Below, piece by piece: positions 36,047 through 46,412 of a stretch of DNA of 64,000 bases. Under the pieces are notes generated by a model. The model saw only the letters and a program-made list of their open reading frames with translations. It made no database searches and was not told where the DNA came from. The DNA comes from Salinivirgaceae bacterium (lineage in GTDB: Bacteria > Bacteroidota > Bacteroidia > Bacteroidales > SZUA-534): positions 2,779-66,778 of the forward strand of contig JAUXEM010000001.1 of assembly GCA_030620515.1 (NCBI GenBank), read 5' to 3'. The translations under genes were made by a program, and so were the position numbers. Numbering within the stretch: position 1 is the first letter of the stretch; each line of letters opens with the position of its first letter.

Positions 36047-38362
36047 ATGGCTTCTTTATTTTTTCATTTTAAAATATATCAAATGATATTTAAATCTTAT
36101 TCAACGATAAGGTTTTTGTGCATTGCTGTTGCTTTATTTCTAGTTTCTAGCTCAATGTTGTTTGCACAAGAATCTAATAAAATAATAATTTTAGACACTG
36201 AAACTCAACAACCGATATCTGATGTTAGCTTCGTTTACGATAATCAAAAGGGTATTTCAAATAAGAATGGTTTTATAGAATTTTCTTACAGGCAAGATGT
36301 TGAAATGCAGTTATCGCACATTTCTTATGGCATTTGGGTTTTAAACGAAAGTGGTGTAATATGCGCCATTGAAAACGGAACTATAAACAAAAGAATAAAG
36401 CAAGTAAATTTATTTCCGGTTACGGTAATAGCCTTACACACCTTTGCATTCGAAAAAGAAATGATTGCTTTAGACTACAATGATAGGTTATCGCATGATG
36501 GGGGCGATGTATTATCTAAAATACCAGCAATTAGTGGAATTCGTAAAAGTGCTAACTATGGTTTCGATCCCGTTTTACGAGGGTTCAAGTACGAACAAAT
36601 AAACATTGTAATGAATGGAGCACAATCGGCAATAGCTGCTTGTCCTAACCGTATGGATCCACCCACTAGTCAAATGGCTCCAAACATGATGGGAAAAGTT
36701 GAGGTATATAAAGGACCCCATGCGTTACGATTTGGTAATGCCTTTGGTGGTACTATAAATTTTGTTGCTGCCAAGCCTGAGTTTTCTACTAAGCAAAAGG
36801 TTTATGGTAGAATCTCAGGTGGCTACGAAAGCAATGGGAATATTTTACGTACCGAAGGCATGGTTGGTATTAAAAGTAAACGTTACGATTTAGGCGTTTT
36901 TGGTTCCATTTCGCAAGGAGGTAATTATACCGATGGAGATGCAAATGAAGTTTTGGCTCGATTTGCCAGAAGTAGTTTCGGAGCTAATCTGGGGGTTAAA
37001 ATTACCGAAAAGCAACACATTACCTTATCGGCGCATAGGAATTTTGCTAACGATGTTGATTTTGTTGCGCTGCCAATGGATTTGCGTGAAGATGATACTT
37101 GGATGCTGAATGCTGGCCACGAAATAAATATAGCTGGGCACTCACTAACAAAATGGAAAACTATGGTTTATGGAACTTTTGTGGATCATTTTATGGATAA
37201 CCGCTTAAAGGAGTTAGAACCAAGATTGATTAATGCTCAAACCGATGCGAAAACAAAAATGCTTGGAGCTAGAACTGAAGGTTATTGGAAATTCGAAAAG
37301 CAAAATCTTTATTTAGGCGCAGATTTCAAAAGTGAGAATGCTAAAGGAGAACGTGAAAGAGAATTTTTAATGGGACCAAATGCAGGGAATATCATAATTG
37401 ATAAAGCATGGCAAAACGGAACCATTAATAAAACGGCTTTGTTTGCCGAATACCAACTTTCAAAAGGTAGTTTAAGTTTTGTTATTTCTGGTAGGGTAGA
37501 GCTAAACCAATCTTCCATTACTGATGCTGATGCAGATTTTGAAACCATGTACGTCAATACCGATGCAACTCAGTTGAACCCTGCAATCAGTTTTGGAGTT
37601 GTTAAAGAGTTAAATAGCAAATACAATATTGGCTTGTGGCTTGGTCGTGGGCAAAGGAGTGGTAGTTTAACCGAGCGATTCATAAATTATTTTTCGGTAG
37701 GGAACGACCCTTACGAAATGCTAGGTAATCCTGAACTAAAACCAGAGGCAAACAATCAGATAGATGCTACTTTAGAATATAAGAGCAATAGGGCTCGTTT
37801 AAACTTCGATGTATTTGTTGCTTATTTACAAAACTATATCTCGTCGGAAATAGATACTAATTTGTCGCCAAACATACCAATTAGTCCGGGTGTTAGGCGG
37901 TTTACTAATATTGATAATGCCTTTAAAACTGGATTTGAATTTAATTGGAATCAAGAGTTATTTCTCAATTTGTATCATAATTTTTATGTGGCATATACCT
38001 ATGCTCAAAACCTATATTTAAGTGAACCCCTTGCTGAAATTGCTCCTATGGACTTGAGATATAGTTTATATGGTAAATTACTGAAAAATAAATTGAAACC
38101 AGAGTTAAGGGCCCGTTATGTGTTAAAACAGAATAGGGTTTCAGATGAATTTGGAGAAAAGGAGAGTGCTGATTTTGGGGTTCTTGATTTTCATATTTCC
38201 TATAAGGTCATTAAAATACTGAATCTTACAGCCGGAGTTAATAATATTTTTGATAAGGCTTACTATGAGCATTTAAATAGAGCGGTTAAGAGTAAAAGCC
38301 CGGCTCCAATAAATGCTCCAGGTCGAAGTTATTTTATTTCTCTTAGCTTAAGCTTTATGTAA
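36047..38362 (+). CDS. TonB-dependent receptor, OprC/NosA-like (putative copper) type
   Basis: 771 aa; signal peptide is best from the ATG at 36083 (MIFKSYSTIRFLCIAVALFLVSSSMLFAQ). N-terminal carboxypeptidase-regulatory-like domain, plug DVLSKIPAISG..RGFKYEQINIVMNGA, CPNRM (CxxxM) and DHFM (HxM) motifs, and terminal aromatic ..SLSLSFM. Confidence 0.85.
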   Translation: MASLFFHFKIYQMIFKSYSTIRFLCIAVALFLVSSSMLFAQESNKIIILDTETQQPISDVSFVYDNQKGISNKNGFIEFSYRQDVEMQLSHISYGIWVLNESGVICAIENGTINKRIKQVNLFPVTVIALHTFAFEKEMIALDYNDRLSHDGGDVLSKIPAISGIRKSANYGFDPVLRGFKYEQINIVMNGAQSAIAACPNRMDPPTSQMAPNMMGKVEVYKGPHALRFGNAFGGTINFVAAKPEFSTKQKVYGRISGGYESNGNILRTEGMVGIKSKRYDLGVFGSISQGGNYTDGDANEVLARFARSSFGANLGVKITEKQHITLSAHRNFANDVDFVALPMDLREDDTWMLNAGHEINIAGHSLTKWKTMVYGTFVDHFMDNRLKELEPRLINAQTDAKTKMLGARTEGYWKFEKQNLYLGADFKSENAKGEREREFLMGPNAGNIIIDKAWQNGTINKTALFAEYQLSKGSLSFVISGRVELNQSSITDADADFETMYVNTDATQLNPAISFGVVKELNSKYNIGLWLGRGQRSGSLTERFINYFSVGNDPYEMLGNPELKPEANNQIDATLEYKSNRARLNFDVFVAYLQNYISSEIDTNLSPNIPISPGVRRFTNIDNAFKTGFEFNWNQELFLNLYHNFYVAYTYAQNLYLSEPLAEIAPMDLRYSLYGKLLKNKLKPELRARYVLKQNRVSDEFGEKESADFGVLDFHISYKVIKILNLTAGVNNIFDKAYYEHLNRAVKSKSPAPINAPGRSYFISLSLSFM

Positions 38363-38443
38363 TTTGAGTTATTTAAGAGCATCAGTTTTTTACAGCTTAT
38401 GTTCTTTTTTCTTATCTTTCATAATCAAATTAACCATTCTAAC

Positions 38444-39712
38444 ATGAAAGAAGAATTCTTACACTACCTATGGAAATATGCTTTATATAGCTTGCCACTA
38501 GAATTAACAACTGGAGAACAGGTTGAAGTTATTTCAGCCGGTGAACATAACCACGATTCGGGACCCGATTTTTTTAATGCTAAAATTAAAATTGGTAAAA
38601 CCATATGGGCGGGTAACGTTGAAATACATGTTAAGGCTTCTGATTGGCAAAAGCATAAACACTCCAACAATGATGCTTACGATAGTATTATTTTGCATGT
38701 AGTGGCTGAGAATGATGTGCAAATTAAAAGGAAGAATGGCAAAGTTATACCAGCACTTGAACTAAAAGCACCTGCAAATCTTTACGAGCAATATCTTTTT
38801 TTAATGCAAAATAACGATTGGGTTCCTTGTGAATCATTTATTTCCAGAGTAACAGAATTTACTATTTTTCAATGGAAAGAAGCCTTGTTAGTTGAACGCT
38901 TAGCTCAGAAAGCGGAAATTATTGGGGACAGATTTAAAGCTAACAATAGCAATTGGGAAGAGACATTTTACCAAACCCTAGCAGCAAACTTTGGTTTTAG
39001 AACAAACGCACAACCTTTCGAGATGTTGGCCAAAAGCCTACCAATAAATCATTTGGGAAAGCATAAAGACCAGCTGCCACTTATTGAGGCTTTTCTTTTT
39101 GGGCAAGCGGGTTTATTAATTGATAATTCAAACGATAGTTACTCGAATTTCTTGCAAAAGGACTATAAACATTTGGCAGCAAAATTTAATCTCAAACCAA
39201 TGAGTGGTCACCTATGGAAATTTATGAGATTAAGACCGGCAAACTTCCCTACTATTCGCATTGCTCAGTTTGCTGCATTAATTCATCAGTCAAGTTCATT
39301 ATTTTCTAAAATTATTGATGCTAAAGAATTAAATACAATAAAAGATCTATTCAATATTCAGGCATCGGAATTTTGGAATACACATTATACCTTTGAAAAA
39401 GAATCGATTAAAAAAGTTAAGAAACTTGGTAATAATGCTTTTGAGAATATAATGATAAATACCATTGCACCTATGTTGTTTTATTACGGACAGCAAAAAG
39501 GCAAACCCGAATATAGCGAGAAAGCATTAAAGTGGCTGACTAATATTCCAGGCGAAAAAAATGCCATTACAAAATCTTGGGTGGCATTAGGAATGAATAA
39601 TCAAAATGCATTTGACTCGCAGGCGCTTATTCAACTAAAAAATGTATATTGTAAAAAAAGGCGTTGTTTGCAGTGCCGAATAGGAAACCAAGTAATTAAA
39701 CATACAGTATAA
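38444..39712 (+). CDS. DUF2851-family protein
   Basis: The ATG at 38444 gives MKEEFLHYLWKY.., the characteristic family N-terminus. C-terminal CKKRRCLQCRIG zinc-ribbon-like end. Confidence 0.75.
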   Translation: MKEEFLHYLWKYALYSLPLELTTGEQVEVISAGEHNHDSGPDFFNAKIKIGKTIWAGNVEIHVKASDWQKHKHSNNDAYDSIILHVVAENDVQIKRKNGKVIPALELKAPANLYEQYLFLMQNNDWVPCESFISRVTEFTIFQWKEALLVERLAQKAEIIGDRFKANNSNWEETFYQTLAANFGFRTNAQPFEMLAKSLPINHLGKHKDQLPLIEAFLFGQAGLLIDNSNDSYSNFLQKDYKHLAAKFNLKPMSGHLWKFMRLRPANFPTIRIAQFAALIHQSSSLFSKIIDAKELNTIKDLFNIQASEFWNTHYTFEKESIKKVKKLGNNAFENIMINTIAPMLFYYGQQKGKPEYSEKALKWLTNIPGEKNAITKSWVALGMNNQNAFDSQALIQLKNVYCKKRRCLQCRIGNQVIKHTV

Positions 39713-39717
39713 GTTAA

Positions 39718-40734
39718 ATGAGAAGAAACCGTTTTTCATCCATAACAATTTCAATAGCATTGCTAATTACCATTGTTTTGATGGGTGAAATTGGCTATGT
39801 TTTTATTGAGGACTATACTTTTATGGATGCCTTTTTTATGACCATAATAACAGTGTCAACTGTTGGTTTTAGCGAGGTTAAGCCTTTGTCGCCAATGGGC
39901 GAGTTGTTTACCGTTTTTATGATTGTCACATCATTTGGTGCTTTTGCTTATGCTGTTACCTCTATTACACGCTTTATGGTAGATGGTAGTTTCCGAAATT
40001 ATTTTATTAATAAACGAACCGAGCGTAAAGTTAACAGACTGTCGAATCATGTAATACTGTGTGGTTTTGGTAGAAATGGAACGGAGGCAGCAAGAGTATT
40101 AAAACTTCAGGGGGTTCCATTTTTAGTTTTAGAAAACAATCATGATGAGCTTGAGCGTATTCGTAGTTTAGAAAAATATTTGTATGTTGAGGGTGATGCT
40201 ACTGATGATGATTTTCTAAAAAAAGCAGGTGTTGAAAAGGCGCAATCCTTAATAACCACATTGCCGCACGATGCCGATAACTTATTAATTGTTTTGTCAG
40301 CCAGAACATTAAATAGTCATTTGCAAATAATTAGTCGTGCCTCGCACGAATGGAGCGATGTTAAGCTAAAGCGTGCTGGTGCTAATAATGTAATTATGCC
40401 CGATATGGTTGGGGGTAGGCGAATGGCAAAATTAGTTGCCAGTCCCAATATTTTGAGTTTTCTAGATTATATGCATAAAAATGAAGAAGGAAAAGTCCGC
40501 TTGATTGAGTTAAGCTGTGGCGATTTTTCTTGTTCCTTTAGCAATAAAACAATAGGCGAACTAAGATTCAAAAAAATATCGGGTGTCAATATTGTTGGTC
40601 TTAAAGACGAAAAGGGGCAATATCATTTTAATCCTTCTCCCGATTTTGCTCTTTCGTCCAAAGATCAGCTATTTGTAATGTGTAACGAAGAGCAACTCGC
40701 GAAGCTGCGAGCTGCTGTTTTCGAAGTGGCTTAA
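39718..40734 (+). CDS. Two-TM ion channel with RCK (TrkA_N + TrkA_C) gating domains, non-canonical filter
   Basis: 338 aa; M1-pore-M2 with pore sequence TVSTVGFSEV, Rossmann VILCGFGRNGTEAA, and a C-terminal TrkA_C-like domain. Confidence 0.85.
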   Translation: MRRNRFSSITISIALLITIVLMGEIGYVFIEDYTFMDAFFMTIITVSTVGFSEVKPLSPMGELFTVFMIVTSFGAFAYAVTSITRFMVDGSFRNYFINKRTERKVNRLSNHVILCGFGRNGTEAARVLKLQGVPFLVLENNHDELERIRSLEKYLYVEGDATDDDFLKKAGVEKAQSLITTLPHDADNLLIVLSARTLNSHLQIISRASHEWSDVKLKRAGANNVIMPDMVGGRRMAKLVASPNILSFLDYMHKNEEGKVRLIELSCGDFSCSFSNKTIGELRFKKISGVNIVGLKDEKGQYHFNPSPDFALSSKDQLFVMCNEEQLAKLRAAVFEVA

Positions 40735-40834
40735 TTTATCAAAAGATAAAAACTTTTCAACAATTATACTTTAAGAATAAACAACACACCTCTTACTAAT
40801 ATGATTCTTCTATTTTTGCGTAAACTTTCTTATT

Positions 40835-41629
40835 ATGCAGCAATATTTAAAACTACTCGATCATCTTTTAGTAAACGGAACAGAAAAATCAGATAGAACA
40901 GGCACTGGTACTATCAGTAGTTTTGGGTATCAAATGCGCTTCGATTTAGCCGAAGGATTCCCCTGTTTAACTACAAAAAAGTTGCACTTAAAATCAATTA
41001 TTCATGAATTGCTTTGGTTTCTTAAAGGTGATACAAACATAAAGTATCTGCAAGATAACGGCGTACGCATTTGGAACGAATGGGCCGACGAAAAGGGAGA
41101 GCTTGGTCATGTGTATGGTTACCAATGGCGCTCGTGGCCAAAACCCGATGGTACGCATCTCGACCAAATAACACAACTTATTCACGACATTAAAACTAAT
41201 CCTGATTCGCGCCGCCTAATTGTTAGTGCATGGAATGCTGGAGATATTGAGAATATGGCTTTACCACCTTGCCATGCATTTATTCAGTTTTATGTAAACG
41301 AAGGAAGACTTTCTTGCCAATTGTATCAACGTAGCGCCGATGTATTTTTGGGAGTTCCTTTTAACATTGCATCATACGCCTTACTTACATTAATGGTAGC
41401 ACAAGTTACCAATTTGCAACCAGGTGAGTTTGTTCATTCTTTTGGCGATGTACACATATATTCAAACCATATTGAGCAAGTTAAGTTGCAACTGTCGCGT
41501 GAAACACGTAAGTTGCCAAACATGTGGATTAATCCTGAGGTAAAAGATATTTTTAGTTTTACTGGCGACGACTTTAAATTAGAGAACTACGACCCGCATC
41601 CTCATATAAAAGGTGACGTATCTATATAA
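40835..41629 (+). CDS. thyA: Thymidylate synthase
   Basis: 264 aa; [19 protein letters not shown] (catalytic Cys), and [16 protein letters not shown]. Confidence 0.97.
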   Translation: MQQYLKLLDHLLVNGTEKSDRTGTGTISSFGYQMRFDLAEGFPCLTTKKLHLKSIIHELLWFLKGDTNIKYLQDNGVRIWNEWADEKGELGHVYGYQWRSWPKPDGTHLDQITQLIHDIKTNPDSRRLIVSAWNAGDIENMALPPCHAFIQFYVNEGRLSCQLYQRSADVFLGVPFNIASYALLTLMVAQVTNLQPGEFVHSFGDVHIYSNHIEQVKLQLSRETRKLPNMWINPEVKDIFSFTGDDFKLENYDPHPHIKGDVSI

Positions 41630-41665
41630 GAATAGAATTATAATTAACAATTAAAGATTTTAATA

Positions 41666-42160
41666 ATGGCAAAAACCTTATCAATTATAGTAGTTGTAGC
41701 CGAAAATAATGGCATTGGATTAAAGAATGAGTTGCTTACGCATGTTTCTGCCGACTTAAAACGCTTTAAGCAAATAACCAAAGGGCATACTGTGGTTATG
41801 GGTCGTAATACGTGGTTTTCATTACCAAACCGTCCATTACCAAACCGTACCAATATTGTAATTACTAATAATGCTGATGAGAAGTTTGAGGGTGCCGAAA
41901 CGGTTTATTCTATTGATGAGGCTATTGAAAGATGCTCGGAGAATGAGGAAAGTTTTATAATGGGAGGAGCAATGGTTTACAAACAATTTTTCCCAATAGC
42001 TCATAAAATTTATCTCACAAAAATACATAAGGATTTTGAGGCAGATACCTTCTTTCCCGAAGTAACAAAAGATGATTGGAAGGTAGTTAAGGAAGAAAGA
42101 ATTTCAAGCGATGAACAGGCTGGATTAGAATATTCTTTTATAGATTTAGAAAGAAAGTAG
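41666..42160 (+). CDS. folA: Dihydrofolate reductase
   Basis: 164 aa; IVVVAENNGIG, VVMGRNTWFSLP, IMGGAMVY. Immediately downstream of thyA. Confidence 0.93.
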   Translation: MAKTLSIIVVVAENNGIGLKNELLTHVSADLKRFKQITKGHTVVMGRNTWFSLPNRPLPNRTNIVITNNADEKFEGAETVYSIDEAIERCSENEESFIMGGAMVYKQFFPIAHKIYLTKIHKDFEADTFFPEVTKDDWKVVKEERISSDEQAGLEYSFIDLERK

Positions 42161-42413
42161 AAAGTTTATTGAGTAGGGGTTTTTTGCATTTTGGTTTTGA
42201 ACATCATTGTAATTTGTTAAAAGTTATTAGGTATTTATAACACCATAAATATTAGGAGTATATATCCACTAGTAACAACTATTTAAATTTTTATAGAGCT
42301 TAGTATTAGAAACTTGTCCGACTTCCCTAGGTAAGTGTCAATTCTAAATTATAACGATTAAATTTATAATACTAATTTTTCTTTACATTTGAGGAGACTT
42401 AAAACCCTATGTT

Positions 42414-43463
42414 ATGAAAAGGATTCTAAAAATTTCGGCTTATATAGTTTTAACACCAGTAGTTTTATTTGCATTGTTTTTGGCGTATAGTACAATTTCA
42501 AACTATAAGCCAGCACACATTACAAACATTAGCCTTAATGAAGGTACTGTTGTAGATATTTACGATACATTAAACATCTTTAATTGGAATATTGGCTACG
42601 GTGGTTTGGGCGACGATATGAGTTTTTTTTACGATGGTGGTGAACAAGTGCGAACTTCGCTCGAACGTACAAATGAAAATTTACAAGGAATAATAAGTCA
42701 AATAAAGTCACACGACAGTATTGATTTTTATATGTTGCAAGAGCTTGATATAAATTCTCGCCGTAGTTATAAGCACGATCAGTATAAGGCATTGCAAAAC
42801 GAAATGCCTGATTATTTTGGTTCTTTTGCCTGTAATTTCAAGGTGTTTTTTATACCTGTTCCTGTATCAGATCCAATGGGTAAAACGCATAGTGGTATAG
42901 CATCTTATTCTAAGTATCAACCTTTTGAGGTTAATAGGCATGCCTTTGAAGGAAATTACAGTTGGCCAAAAGGTTTGTTTTTGCTTGACCGTTGCTTTAT
43001 GGTACAAAAGTTCTATACTTCAAATGGGAAAGAATTATTTATAATAAACACACACAACTCGGCCTATGACGATGGTACATTGCGTTTGAGACAGATGAAA
43101 TTGATGCGCGAATTTTTATTGGCAGAATACGATAAAGGTAATTATGTTATAGTAGGTGGCGATTGGAATCAGAACCCACCTAAAAAAGGGGAAAGTGCTA
43201 AAATACACAAAGATGAACATTTAACACGCATTCGTATCGCAGAAAATTTTATGCCGGAAGGCTGGAATTGGGTTTATTGTGAAAACATACCTACAAACCG
43301 AATGATAAACAAAGCCTACAATCCTGAAACTACCATAACTACAACTATAGATTTCTTTCTTATTTCACCAAATATTCAAAAGATAGAATTAAAGAATATT
43401 GATTTGGCTTTTAAACACTCCGATCATCAGCCGGTTGTTTTTTCTTTTGGGTTTATAGATTAG
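42414..43463 (+). CDS. Endonuclease/exonuclease/phosphatase (EEP) family protein, membrane-anchored
   Basis: 349 aa; N-terminal TM; NWNIGYG, MLQELD, GGDWNQ and terminal SDHQPV catalytic motifs. Confidence 0.8.
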   Translation: MKRILKISAYIVLTPVVLFALFLAYSTISNYKPAHITNISLNEGTVVDIYDTLNIFNWNIGYGGLGDDMSFFYDGGEQVRTSLERTNENLQGIISQIKSHDSIDFYMLQELDINSRRSYKHDQYKALQNEMPDYFGSFACNFKVFFIPVPVSDPMGKTHSGIASYSKYQPFEVNRHAFEGNYSWPKGLFLLDRCFMVQKFYTSNGKELFIINTHNSAYDDGTLRLRQMKLMREFLLAEYDKGNYVIVGGDWNQNPPKKGESAKIHKDEHLTRIRIAENFMPEGWNWVYCENIPTNRMINKAYNPETTITTTIDFFLISPNIQKIELKNIDLAFKHSDHQPVVFSFGFID

Positions 43464-43665
43464 TTAGTGCTTGTCCATAAAGTTACATTTTTTATTATCG
43501 AAGCAAAATAGCTCCGAAGTGAGCGAAAGTCAATAGCCTAGGGCAATGTCCTAGGAATGATTAATGATAAAGGTTTTAGTATTTTACGACACAAGGTTAA
43601 TTTAAAAAGAATAGCATACCTAAAACGCAAATATTGAGATTTGTTTAATCTTTATGTGTATAATT

Positions 43666-43745
43666 CCCCAAGGCTTGCCTCGTTTTTTTTGAAATTTGAA
43701 ATTTGTTTTTTTTTGAATTTTTATGCCTTGTGGGCTTGCCCCAAA
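43666..43745 (-). repeat. Hairpin/T-rich spacer/hairpin dispersed element, copy 3
   Basis: ccccaaggcttgcctcgtttttttt..gaatttttatgccttgtgggcttgcccc is about 80 percent identical to the reverse complement of 17152-17235. Confidence 0.6.
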
Positions 43746-43755
43746 GTAATTTACA

Positions 43756-45420
43756 TTATGGACAAACTCTAGTTAGTAATTCCAGTTTGCCATTTAAAAC
43801 AACAGCATCAAGTTGCATGTTTTTTGCGCTTTTTACAGCATCTTCAATAGTATGAACTATTGGTTCTCCCTTAATATTGAACGAGGTGTTTATTAGGGCT
43901 TTAACATTGTGGTTTTCATCTAAGTATGTTAGTAAATCGTAAATAAAAGGATTCTCCTCTTTATTAAAAATAGTTTGAATTCGGGCTGTGCCGTTAATAT
44001 GAACAGCGCCAATAAGTTCTTTTTGTTTTTCAGGTAATATTAAAAAGTCGAGTAGCATATATTTCGACAAATGGTGAATGCTATTTTTACCAGTAAAATA
44101 TTTAGCATTTTTTTCAAGCATAATTGGAGCAACTGGTCTGTACCATTCTCTTTTTTTATGTTGCATGCTTAATTTTTGAGCAAGTTTCTTGTCAGATGCT
44201 AAGCTTAAAATACTTCTGTTTCCTAACGCCCTAGGTCCAATTTCAGCCTGATTATTACTTACACCAATTACTTTTTTAGCTTTTAGTAAATCAGCAACTT
44301 TCTTTATTGTTTCTTGGCTGTGTTTTGCATTGTAATGTTCTATTCCCCAATTATTCAGATAAGGAGAGCTTATTTTAATGTTATTGTTTTGTTTCCATTC
44401 AAAAAAGGCGGCTGCCCCTAGAGCTAATCCTGAGTCGTTGCAGCAAGGCGGAATAAAAACATTGGCAAATATATCCGATTCAATAATTTTATTATTTAGC
44501 AAGATGTTTAGAGCCGAACCACCTGAATAGTATAAGTATTCTGCTTTAATTGCTTTTTGTAATTCTGATATTTTTTTGAATGATTCACGGATAAAAATAT
44601 GTTGAATTGTTGTTGCAACATCCTGAATAAAAGAGGCCTTCTGATCAATATGTTTAATAGATATATTGAAGTGTTTTTTTGCCGATTCAAAAAAGGCTTT
44701 CTTATTTTTCCAACAGGTTTCAAAAAAAGAATTTTGACGTAACCATTTTTCAATAGATTCCGAATAGGTTCCAAACGATGCAAATCCCATAAATTTTCCA
44801 GGCACACTATTTAAATCTTTTTGTTTGGCATTAACTATGCTAAAAACTAAAGCATTTGCATTATATAAAGACGAAAGCCATTTTAAATCCCAGTTATATT
44901 CAACCAAAGTAAGTTCGTGGTTATAGTAATGCCATGCTGAAAAATTACTTTTGCTTGCACCACCATCAAAGTGAATTAATAGGCTGTTTTCTTTATAATC
45001 TCCAAAAAAGGGAAGGCAACTTCCAATATGTGCAAGTTCATGATTAAGGGCATAAGCCTTAATATTCTTATCCAACAGCCATAGATTTCCTTCCTCAATA
45101 TTTGCTTTGAGTTTTTTTTGTATAGGAGCTTCAAATCTAATATTGCCTTCTGTGTTTATAAAGCTTCTACCTAAAACATTGTCTATAAAAATGTAATTGC
45201 AAGGTTCATTTAGTAAGTTCTCACTTTTTAATAAGCTATAAAGCATAAAACCTAATTCAGCACTTTGTTTTTTTCTATTTAACCGTTCAATATGAATACT
45301 CCTTATAACTGCTCCATTTTGCATAATGGCAATACCATGATCGTGTGATATAGTGGGGATATCGCTTGTGTTAATATCTTGAATCCCATAAACTCCAATT
45401 GTTAGATACTTAGAAGTCAT
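43756..45420 (-). CDS. Carbamoyltransferase (NodU/CmcH family)
   Basis: 554 aa; N-terminal ASKHA-like HDHGIAI.., central ELAHIGS and YYSGGSALN, and C-terminal carbamoyltransferase domain RPVAPIM, NTSFNIKGEPIV. Confidence 0.85.
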   Translation of the reverse strand: MTSKYLTIGVYGIQDINTSDIPTISHDHGIAIMQNGAVIRSIHIERLNRKKQSAELGFMLYSLLKSENLLNEPCNYIFIDNVLGRSFINTEGNIRFEAPIQKKLKANIEEGNLWLLDKNIKAYALNHELAHIGSCLPFFGDYKENSLLIHFDGGASKSNFSAWHYYNHELTLVEYNWDLKWLSSLYNANALVFSIVNAKQKDLNSVPGKFMGFASFGTYSESIEKWLRQNSFFETCWKNKKAFFESAKKHFNISIKHIDQKASFIQDVATTIQHIFIRESFKKISELQKAIKAEYLYYSGGSALNILLNNKIIESDIFANVFIPPCCNDSGLALGAAAFFEWKQNNNIKISSPYLNNWGIEHYNAKHSQETIKKVADLLKAKKVIGVSNNQAEIGPRALGNRSILSLASDKKLAQKLSMQHKKREWYRPVAPIMLEKNAKYFTGKNSIHHLSKYMLLDFLILPEKQKELIGAVHINGTARIQTIFNKEENPFIYDLLTYLDENHNVKALINTSFNIKGEPIVHTIEDAVKSAKNMQLDAVVLNGKLELLTRVCP

Positions 45421-45555
45421 AAAATAAAATTAAATAAAAATTACGAGTAATGTAAATATAATTCTACTCACAATATATTATTAAATAAAAATTATTATTT
45501 TTACGCTTGCTCATAGCAGCAGATTATAAATATTAAATAACGGCAATTTTAGTCT

Positions 45556-46398
45556 ATGGTAACAAATGAGGATGTTCAGCGATTTATTACCGCAATCAAA
45601 ATGGCTTCCACTTATGATTTTAGCGATTATTCTGAAAGATCGTTTAAAAGACGAGTTGAGAAGCTTTTGATTGATAATCATATGGATATTAATCAGTTGT
45701 CGCTTAAGATTTCAAAGGACAAGTTTTTTCTAGAGAAGGTTGTTAGGGATATTACAGTTAATACAACAGAGCTATTTCGAGACTCTGATATGTGGATTAC
45801 CTTAAAACACCAGATTTTACCAAAGTTAAAAAAGAATAAGTCAATTTTTATTTGGCATGCAGGATGTTCAAGTGGGCAGGAGATATATTCCATGCTTATT
45901 TTATTACATGAACTTGGCATGTTCGAGCAGGCAAAAGTTTTTGCTACCGATATTAATTCTGAAATGCTTGAGTCTTCTAAAGCAGGAGTTTATAAATATC
46001 GATTTAACTTAGGTTATTTAGACAACTTTGACAAAGTAATTAAAGAGAACCCTTTAAACTTTGAAGAAACAAAAGATGTTCCATACGAAAAATACTTTGA
46101 TATTGATAAGGTAAAAGATACCATTAAGATGAAGGAATTTTTGCGTGAAAAGGTTGTTTTTAGAAAACATGATTTAGTTAATGATGGAAATATTTTCTAC
46201 TCAAAATTTGATTTAGTATTGTGTAGAAACGTAATTATTTACTTTAATAATAAATTGCAAAATCACGTTATCGAACTGTTTAACAATAGTTTGTATAGAG
46301 ATGGATACCTGGTACTAGGGGCTCATGAAAGTATTTTAGGACCTGTGTCAAATAACTTTGATCGTACCAAAGGGTTTTATAAAAAGAAGCAGTTTTAA
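45556..46398 (+). CDS. cheR: CheR-type protein-glutamate O-methyltransferase
   Basis: 280 aa; N-terminal CheR_N helices (FSDYSERSFKRRVEKLL, TELFRD), SAM site IWHAGCSSGQEIYSMLILL, and DLVLCRNVIIYFN. Confidence 0.85.
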   Translation: MVTNEDVQRFITAIKMASTYDFSDYSERSFKRRVEKLLIDNHMDINQLSLKISKDKFFLEKVVRDITVNTTELFRDSDMWITLKHQILPKLKKNKSIFIWHAGCSSGQEIYSMLILLHELGMFEQAKVFATDINSEMLESSKAGVYKYRFNLGYLDNFDKVIKENPLNFEETKDVPYEKYFDIDKVKDTIKMKEFLREKVVFRKHDLVNDGNIFYSKFDLVLCRNVIIYFNNKLQNHVIELFNNSLYRDGYLVLGAHESILGPVSNNFDRTKGFYKKKQF

Positions 46399-46412
46399 AG
46401 CATATATTTAGA

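Noticed and set aside
43473-43766. 10-bp inverted repeat ttgtccataa / ttatggacaa bracketing the EEP-carbamoyltransferase spacer as possible MITE ends
   Set aside because: The right arm is the last codons plus stop of the carbamoyltransferase (..CP*), and similarity does not extend cleanly beyond 10 bp. Chance or terminator-related symmetry is more likely.
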